DNA of 60,980 bases from Pelomyxa schiedti (lineage: Eukaryota > Protista > Evosea): positions 1 through 60,980 of the forward strand of contig JAHLWZ010000313.1 of NCBI GenBank assembly GCA_020536535.1, in the 5' to 3' direction. The translations under genes and the position numbers were made by a program. The notes beneath the pieces are model-generated. The model searched no databases, had not been told where the DNA came from, and saw nothing but the letters and a program-made list of their open reading frames with translations. Below, one piece after another: positions 52,192 through 60,980 of the stretch (positions within the stretch are counted from its first letter, which is position 1; the number at the start of each line of letters is the position of its first letter).

Positions 52192-53641
52192 ATGGAACGT
52201 AAGCTGATACTGATTGTTGTCGGTCTCTTTATCAGTGGCACAGTTCAGGTACGATTGGCGAATTGTGGGTTGCATTTTTGTGTTCGGCGGATTTCGGCTC
52301 CATTTTCCCCATTTCATGGTTGGTTTTTATAAAAGAGTGCAGGTGGTAGCACAGAAGGTGTTGTTTTCACTTCCGATTGGGGAATCGCCTGAACATCAGT
52401 TCAGAAAGCCTTGGTTTCAGACTGGTAATGCAGCCCCGTATGTGAAGATTCGATTCTTATATCTCTTCCTTGGTACAGTAAGTAACTATGAAAACAAAAT
52501 AAACACATACAGCGTCAATGTTTGCAGCAATGCTTTTTTGCTTGCTTGTACATGGGATCCACAATTGCATCCAGCCTAAATATGATCGGGAAGGTCGTAA
52601 AAGAAGGGGGAATTACTATGGAAATGACACTGGAAGTCATATCTCGTTTCGGACTGCAATTACTTGCTCTATTCCGGCACTGTGTGACATGGGAGCCACC
52701 GTACTGATGAATGCCGGTCTTCTGACACTGTCTCTCTCAATGTGGCAGATGCTCCGTGGCTCAACTGTTGTTTTCACTGCTATTTTATCTGTATTTGTCC
52801 ATGGCCGAAAACTCAGAGGTTACCATATCACTGGAATTGCAATTGTGGTCTGTTCATTTGTTGTACTGGGTTTTGCTTGCTCACATATGAACGGCGGCAC
52901 TGTTGAGAACGTTGTACTGCCGCAGTTGCATATCATTGCCTCCACTGATAGGAATACGTGGGCTTACATCATCGCGATAGTTCTTGTTATGAGTGCACAA
53001 TTCCTTGCATCCACCCAGTTCATTTTCGAAGAAACACTTCTGAAGAGATCGTTAGATCCTGTTCCACCAATGTTACTTGTTGGATTGGAGGGTCTGTGGG
53101 GATTACTTGCCTGCTTTGTACTGCTTCCATCACTTCAGATGCTGCCTTTCTGCAGGGAGTCATCAGTTAAGAGTTTCTGGGATTCTGTATGTGAAGTCAC
53201 ATGGGGTGGGGAATGGTCAACAATCTCCATGCTGCGGAATAGGCTGGTTTTGATTGTTGCGTTGATTTATTTCATGGGTGCCTTTGCCTTCAACATGTGC
53301 TCGATTTTGACAACAAATGCCTTCACTGCGGTGCATCACACCATTTTTGACGGTTCCAGGACTGCCTGTGTGAGTATATCCTACTTCCCAAAGTTCCACT
53401 TAGGAATTCTCAGTTTATACAATAGATTTGGATTGTGATGTTGTTACTGCATGCCTTCGTAACAGACTTGGGTGAGGCATGGATAAACTGGAGTTGGCTT
53501 GAGCTAGGCGCATTCGGCCTGCTCACTGCAGGAACCCTCCTTTTCAATCGTGTAGTGAGACTGCCGTGGTGCTTTTCGTACACTGTCGGAGATCAGCATC
53601 AGGAGTGGGCTACTTTGCCTCATTACGAAACGTGCATTTAG
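52192..53641 (+). CDS. SLC35F6-like transporter, copy 2
   Basis: High identity to 244-1694; in-frame indels only. Confidence 0.85.
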
Positions 53642-53853
53642 AGTATTGGTGCAGCTGGAATCACGATTATGACGAGTGTTTTTTTGGCAAAGTTTAGTTT
53701 GTCTACAAAACGTCTTGTAACAAAGGATGTATTCTTATACTGCTCGTAGCAGGCATAGTGATAGTTGTAAACCCTTTTATATTCTCAAGATAAAAAATTA
53801 TCCAAAAGGAAAAAAAAAAGTAAAAAGTAAAGACAAGCACCGACATCGAAAAC

Positions 53854-54585
53854 ATGTCGGCGGAACGTTTGTGGTACCCGATAACGAGTCTCAGCGACAA
53901 AAAACCAATACTTCGAGCGGTCGGTTTTCCACGTACTGTGTCGAGATCTGAGGTGACGAACCACGTAGGTGGCGCAAAATACGCGTACGTAATACCCAAC
54001 TCCCACGTACACCACTTCTCGAAACGACTGTCTTGTTTTTTTTTTTCAATACTCGCAATATCAACACTCCTCTCCATCAGCGTTGTGCTCTTGTCAAAAC
54101 GTGGCAAAGTGTATGTGCAATTTAGAAACAGGGCTGCTGCCAACTTTGCACGAAGTCACCCGCAAGAATTCGAGGGGTCCCTCGTTAGATTTTTGCTAGA
54201 GGAAGAGGTTGAGGCGGAAGAAGAGATCTTTGGTGCCGATGACAGACACAAGGAGGAGGAACTCTACAGCGACGAAGAAGCTTATGCGATGTACCAGGCC
54301 ACCACTGGCCAAGAAATTCAAGCCGCTCTGGCCCTCCAGATGCTCGATGACCAAGAGGAAGTCGTAGACATCACACCCACAATTTCCATCAAGCAAGAGC
54401 CAGAGTCCTACTTGCCACTTCCGCCGTTGGAACATCGTGGGCCACCTGTCATGTTCTGGAAGGCAGAGCCAGCAGGCAATGAATGGTACACAACATCAAC
54501 TGAAGCTGAGACCAATTGCACAACTACTACAAGAGGAACTGGCACAGTCCAAGTAAAGATGGAGCCAATGAATGAGGATGTATAG
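53854..54585 (+). CDS. RRM-like protein, copy 2
   Basis: LRAVGF and RGKVYVQF; paralog of 1945-2652. Confidence 0.55.
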   Translation: MSAERLWYPITSLSDKKPILRAVGFPRTVSRSEVTNHVGGAKYAYVIPNSHVHHFSKRLSCFFFSILAISTLLSISVVLLSKRGKVYVQFRNRAAANFARSHPQEFEGSLVRFLLEEEVEAEEEIFGADDRHKEEELYSDEEAYAMYQATTGQEIQAALALQMLDDQEEVVDITPTISIKQEPESYLPLPPLEHRGPPVMFWKAEPAGNEWYTTSTEAETNCTTTTRGTGTVQVKMEPMNEDV

Positions 54586-55477
54586 TGAGCCTCCTTTGCA
54601 CTGTCTATAAGCTTTGTTGTTCAGGATAAACCAAAAGCACTTTTTTTTTTTTGAAAAAATTGTTGGGTTGTTGCTGTGCAGAGCAATTTAAGCAAGGTGT
54701 GTCCAAAACAATGCTTCAACAAACATGCCAAATACAAGTACACCAATTATCTGACATTGGTGAGAATGCATGAGAATGGAATGAAGAACTACTTTGGAAC
54801 TACTTTTCCTTTTTTGAATTATTCAAGGCGTACCAACTGCATGACCTTCTGGAAGGCAAACCCCTTCTCGCGAATCAAAAAGGTATTCACGATGTGGTAA
54901 TTTGCACTAAGCTTCTATAGCATCTGCCGCAAATCTTAAAACACAGCTTGTCCAGACCGCTGCAGGTATATGATGAACTCCATTTTTAGGGCAGCCTGCA
55001 TTTCTTACATGCTACTATATCAAAAAGAGGAAGGAAAATCTAATGATAATCATTACGCTTCGATGCATCTTTTGCAGTTGAAAACGAGTTTAAAGAAGGG
55101 GTTTCTTGCTAAACTGCGAGCTAATGCACTCAAGCCATGCCCAAACTGTACCAAGTATGTCCACTTGATTTTCGAGGAGACAACTTAGGTCTCAGGAAGC
55201 ACCATTTCCTGCAATAGCCACTTGTCATTTCTAGCACAGAACCCTCATTGTTAACAGGAATCCAATCATATCAGCCCATTGTGCTGTGTGTCATTCGGAC
55301 TTGGTTTCCGCAAGCACCACTATCATTGTACACCTTCATTTGTTTAACTTATGGGACTTCCTCCTCCGCCATCAAGGCAGACACTCGGACGCAGTCGGCC
55401 AAAGATGGACAAAGTTGGTAAAGTTTTCGTTGTAAAGGAAAGCGGCATTTTATTTTCGTTACGAAAAAAAGTTTCAC

Positions 55478-58400
55478 CTAGACATCAGGAGGCCACCAAC
55501 CAGGGAGCATCAAGTCTTCTGTTTGTATCACGGGGTCGTCAACCATGCTGAAGTCAGTGAACTGCTGGTCAAAGAGGGGCAGAAGCTGCAGTGGTGGCCC
55601 GGTGTGTTCATTTAGTGACCCTATGATGCTTGCGGCTGGTGTGGAGGGTGACAGAGGGGGTGGCTGGCTACTATACTGAGTGTTGTTGGTGAGTGGTGTA
55701 GTGGGTTGTGTCGGCTGTTGGGACTGTGGTTGTGTATCGCCGGGTGTAACTTGTGGTGTTGTTGGGTGCTCTGGAGCACCGTTTGTTGTAGTTGGTACAT
55801 CGGTGGCAGGGATTAGAAGTGATGGGGGTGGCATTGGAACAAGGAGGGGTGGAGGCGGAGTTAGAGTGTTCCCTGTATCCGGTACACAGATAGGTGGTGG
55901 CACTTGCGTGGAGAATTCGAAATTGGGAATCTGTGAGGACATTTCGGTGGTTGCTGGCCTGTCTTTGGTGGTACTTCCAATTTCTTCCACTTCTGTAACT
56001 TGACGAAGTTCCGTGTGTTTCCGAGCAATCCTTTGCTTTTGAGCCACCTTGGAGGGAGGCTGGTTTAGAATGTGTTCAACCATGCTCGGAGAGAAAGGTT
56101 GCGGAGGGATGTTGTGGAGCATTGAGCTCGATTCCGTAAAAAGAGATCCTGCCTCTTTGCCGATGCGAGCTTTTTCAGTAAAACCTAATATCCTTAAGAC
56201 TTAGTGAAAGTAAAAGCTACACACTTTTAAATGTCTCAGATAACGTATGAAGACCTCCCACTGTGGCCCATAAGAGATCTAAAAAGAACGGTTGGTGACA
56301 AACACTTACAAAAACACATCAAAACAACACATTGGAAGGGTATTCACCAAAAAGGTGAGAAATGAAAGCTTCACTCAAGCCATAAGTCCGGAGGAAAAGT
56401 TGTTGAACTTCCAAAAGCTCGGCATCTAAACATGGAAAAAGGAGAAATTTGTGGTTATATTATTTGAGAAACGTGAGTGTTACACAAAATTACTTAAAAA
56501 AAAAGAGGAAGTGCACCAGAAGCGCGTACTTTCCCTGACGGCCTTGCTTGGTTCATCATGGGAAGGTCCGCATTTTCACCCAAGATGAAGTGGGACACAC
56601 CTTGTGAATCCACCAGCCTGAAGGTAGTCGTTAGAGCACTAGAAGTTTGAAAGAGAACAACTTAAGGACTACACTTCGCAGTGATTCAACGCTCCACGGC
56701 ATTATGGCTTGCTCCACACAGAAGTACTGAAGGGAGGAGGGATCAACAACGCGCAATGTGAAGGGGAAAAAAAATGTGGCACACAATTTGGAGTGGAGCT
56801 TTCAATTCAGGTGGATTAAACAAAAGGAGTACACTTCGGCGATTTGAATCAGTGAAGGCGCATGCAGAACCCCGTTCAAAATGGAGTGTTGTCAAACTAT
56901 CCAATACTTTCTTACACTAAAGAGGAAGTTAGTAAATCAATATCAAAAAAACGTGTGAATAGTAAAAATGTCTCGAGGTCTTTACAGTAGAGTTCATACA
57001 TCCAGTATCACTTCTTTCTGTATCTGATGATGATGCTCAAGCTCTGTCACAAACTCGAGAATATAGTCTTGTAATAGATAGTCATACTCCAGTGTGTCAA
57101 AAACACCAACTGCCTCTGCTATGAGTGCAGATGCTTCTGCTTCCTGCGAATGATGTTGTAAATGAAATCCATGTAAAAAGGTAAGAAAACATACCGACGT
57201 TATCTTCAGGGATTGAATAGCATTCATAAACTCGGCGTAATGCTCCATGTTTTCTTGGGACATCTCTGTTCCTGGGAAGGTGATTTTTCTTGTTTCATAT
57301 AGAGGCCCGCCAAGGCTGCTGGCACTAGTTGGTACGGCAGGAGCGGCAGTAGTGGTGGCAGTCGATGTTGTGGTGGCAGTAGCAATAAATCTACCGTATG
57401 CAAAGGGACTATTCGAGGGAGGGCTTGGTGGAGAAGTCTTTTTAACTTCGGGCGATTCCTCGCAGGATGACGGGGTGGGAGCAGGAGTAGGTTTTTCCTT
57501 TGGGAAAGAATGAGTTCAGAACTTCAGATTTGTGGATTGTCCTTACAAGGCATTTCTCTTGCTGATTGAACAAAATTCTAGGCGTCACTCTAGGGAAAAC
57601 GCTTATCGCAGGAGGAGGGGGTGGTGATGTATTTGGTATAACAGAGAGTAACAGTGTGGGAATTGGGTGATTGGGTGAGTACTCGCGTTCCATTTCTGCA
57701 ATAGCGTCTTCTGCGAGTTTATCAAGATAGAGAGAACTAATGTCAGTAGAAACATTAGGATCCTCCAACGCCGTGAGGATATTCATTGCAGCTGGAGACT
57801 TACTACACTCAAACGCTTCCCTAGAGACGAAAATTACCAAAAAATAAAGGTGTTATGGAAGAGCTGTTACTTTGTCTTTGCGATATCTCCTTCTCGTGCA
57901 TAGAGAGTACCAAGAAGTACCCAGCTTTGAGATGTATTAATGGCTTGGAGAAGCTACAGAACATCTTAAACTTGGTGCAAACAAATTGAGGATACCTGCT
58001 TTGCTTCAGCTGGTTGGTTCTCCTGTATCAGAAGGTGGGCAAGCCTCATTCTGCCCAAGGGTGAATTGGCTGCTAAGTATGACAAGGCTGCTTGATCTGG
58101 GCGTCCTGTCCTCTGACACAAAGCCTGCAGGTGTACATAAGTGGGAGTGATTTCACTTCTATACTGAGGCTGTTACCCCAAGGGCAGTCATTGCTGTTGC
58201 AGATCCAGATTGCGTATAACAGAGTTCAGCTTTGTCAAAGGAACCTCTCATCTCGTACAGTTGTCCCAATTGATACAATGCAACAGGTTTGCCGATCACC
58301 TTCACGTAGTCTTCAAGTTGACGTTTTACATTTTCCTGCCCACACCAGGAAGGCAGGGAAGATTGTGCATCAAAGGTGTGTCTTAATGACCGCCTTGTGC

Positions 58401-59589
58401 TGAGGGTGTTTCCTTGTGAATATTTTCGGTGAGTATGTTGTGACGAAGCAGTGCTTGCAGAATGTCCAGTAGGCAACCACTGTCCTGTGGATTGTTATGG
58501 CCAAGGTTTTAACAAACTCTGCAATGTACAATACAAAGTCAATGTAAAAAAAAGCACTTACTTTCTTCTGGGCTGTCAGAAAAAGAATCTGTTCCAGAAG
58601 TGTGGCCGTCTGAGTCACTGTAACAGTCATGTGTAGTGGATGCTTCACAGGTTTGAGGAATGTTAATTGGTTTTGAACGTTGATGACAGGTCACTTCAGC
58701 ATCCTGAATATCAGTCTGTTCTTGTGTGGATGGTTGTTGGATTGGAGGTATTTGGTGTGGTGGTTGTTGAAGTTGCAATTGCTGACGGAGATATTGCTCC
58801 TGCAATTGCTTTTGATGTTTCTTTTGTTGTTGCAGTAGCAACTGTTGCTGTTGAAGTAATTGCATTTGTAAATGTCTATGGTACTGATCCTGTTCAGAGG
58901 GAGGAGCTTGCTTCCTTCTTTTTCGCCGCGAGTGACTATTACAGGCCACAACATCGTCCCTTGAAGGATCTTCCTGCAGTCCTGGAATTTGAGTATCTAA
59001 TGGAATTTGCCATGGTACCTACACTGTGTTGGCGTAATACAACTGCGATAGAACACACCTCGTTACGCGTAAAACTATCTGTGATTGGTGCTGCTGAAAC
59101 AAAGTGATTTACTGGGTACGTCAACTGCGACGAACTTCGTAATGCAGCAGGTGGTGTGGGTATGGGCACGTCTCTGTCCTGAGGCAGAAGAATAGACTGT
59201 TGCGGTATTTGCATTTGCATTTGCATCGCGGGTGCCAACAAAGCTCCTTGGCTTTGTATCACACCTAGCGGCACGCCAGACGACGCGTCGGTGCTGCAAC
59301 ACGTAGGGACGGCTCCGAGCAGCGGAAAAGAAATCGGCTGCGGGGGAGGTGGCGCCGGAGTTTCGCACTCGAAGTTTGACGACAGGGACGTACCGGGCAG
59401 TACGGGGGAGATGCCGTCGGTTGACGTTGTACAACTGGCAGCACATAGAGCTTGTCTGCTTAGATCTTGGTGGAGCTCTGAATGCGACGGCGCGTGGGAC
59501 GGGGGGGCCGTTCGGTGGTTATTATTGGCGTAGGTTGGATTTCCAGAGCGGTACTTTTCTTTACGTCTTCGCTCCGGCTTCATTTGCAT
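55478..59589 (-). CDS. Large multi-exon Q/P-rich protein with TPR-like motif
   Basis: Exons 58939-59589, 58539-58980, 58159-58480 (PVALYQLGQLYEMRGSFDKAELCY), 57442-57840, 55478-56122. Confidence 0.65.
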
Positions 59590-60742
59590 TGCGCTACGTC
59601 CACCACTACGATACGAGGCTGTTGTATTCCTACGATTTTAACACTTTTCGCCTGTTTCTGTTCCGTTCAATTGATCAACAAGCCCGAAGATCGGCGCCTA
59701 TTTTTAGCCTTGTACCATAAAAATAAAAATCGAATACAACTAAAGGCAACCAGCCAACCAGGAGCCAGCTGGCTCCTGGTTGGCTGGGGTGGTCACCCCC
59801 CTTGCTGTGGCTGTTGAGGATGTGGTGCAGTGGTATTACTATTGGCTACAGACGGTACCATTGGCGACCCGCTNNNNNNNNNNNNNNNNNNNNNNNNNNN
59901 NNNNNNNNNNNNNNNNNNNNNNNNNNNNNNNNNNNNNNNNNNNNNNNNNNNNNNNNNNNNNNNNNNNNNNNNNACCTTGGAGGATAAAGAGCTTATTGAG
60001 AGATAACTGCTTTTTGTGACGCAAGGATTTCCCCTTGAGAGGATAAAAAGCAAGTTGTCTGAACCCCACACTAATACAAATTTCCTCCTGGCATAGAGCA
60101 TTAATTAGGCTGAGAAATTCTCAGAAAAAGCACTATAGTGCTGTTGAACACAGAATTGGAGGGAAAAAAGAACTTCGTATATTGGCACATTTGAATATTG
60201 GATGAACATATGTCCCAATATTTGTTACTAACTTCCTACATGAATGTATCAGTTGTATAAAAAATTGCCGAATTTCAACCTTACAATTACAAAACTGCGT
60301 TGATGAAAACCCCTGCAACAAACAACAAGTCACTCTTAAGAGTCTTTGAGTGGTTGCCAACCACCATTTCCGACAACAAATGAGTTATTTCAACCCAGGG
60401 ATCTCAGCCTCAGGGTTGGGTCCGAACGAATTAAGACTCACCACTCCACATACCTGGATCTTTCCCCGCACCGCGCCACTACCTCAACCCCACGCGACAA
60501 CAAGAGGCGTGGAACCAGTAGATTCTTATGATTATGTGAAAACGGTGGCTTGAGAAATCAAAAAAAAACCCCTGCATCTGTGGTGTTACGCAACGCAGAC
60601 CTGGCACCATTCTTGGCTCAATGACTCTCCCAACGTGTGGCTCCAACCCATAAATTTCGTTTGAAACTACGACAGGTTATCGACTAATAAACCTTCGACG
60701 TTACAAAACAATTGCCAATCACAAATACAATAAATAAAGGAA

Positions 60743-60980
60743 ATGGCGGACGAGGCTGGGCGTGTGCCGTTCTTACAACAAATACTGGGAATCTGGCAGG
60801 CCTTGTTAAGTCTAAGAAAATTACATATGCTTGCAACACACTTTCCCCATTGTAATTCCTCGGCCAACTGCCCATCCGAGTCATCATCTCTTGGTCGTAA
60901 TCCAAGATGTTCAGCAATCTGGTATAATGCTTTCCCCCCAGTCTGTGGCAGTACGTTTTGTTTCGTTAAGTAGAAACTCA
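60743..60980 (+). pseudogene. Disrupted copy of the 8539 gene (inversion plus 1-nt deletion)
   Basis: MADEAGRVPFLQQI joined to reverse complement of 9168-9366. Confidence 0.7.

Larger units (their letters stand above)
51949..60980 (+). repeat. Segmental duplication copy 2
   Basis: Collinear with 1-9366 except two inverted segments and gap differences. Confidence 0.95.

Noticed and set aside
58930-59020. Apparent frameshift between ORFs 58939-59589 and 58539-58949
   Set aside because: Resolved by a ~37-nt GT-AG intron on the minus strand

Overview
Gene-dense eukaryotic DNA (~45% GC) with many very short (~35-60 nt) spliceosomal introns. Gene content (chitin synthase, cAMP-receptor-like GPCR, TKL kinase, LNR surface protein) fits an amoebozoan protist; an archamoeba is plausible but this is inference only. 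Housekeeping-type genes: SLC35F6-like transporter, BLOC1S2, TRPT1/Tpt1, ALG10, DHX35, chitin synthase. Signalling/trafficking genes: PH-FYVE kinase, triple-RGS protein, GPCR, BAR-auxilin fusion. Conflict-type or probable LGT genes: intron-containing SH3b-NlpC/P60 peptidoglycan hydrolase, Crinkler/RHS-like NTPase + PD-(D/E)xK nuclease gene with a frameshift in its FVGR motif, a degraded second nuclease relic, and a C2 + toxin-like domain protein. The first ~9.4 kb recur in direct orientation ~52 kb downstream with mosaic identity and two inversions. The most unexplained element is a non-coding array at 42031-42630 of ten GTC...GAC-bounded hairpins of two types (ABBABBABAB), inside a ~1.07 kb TG...CA-bounded segment. 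Gene boundaries come from manual exon stitching and are approximate where noted.
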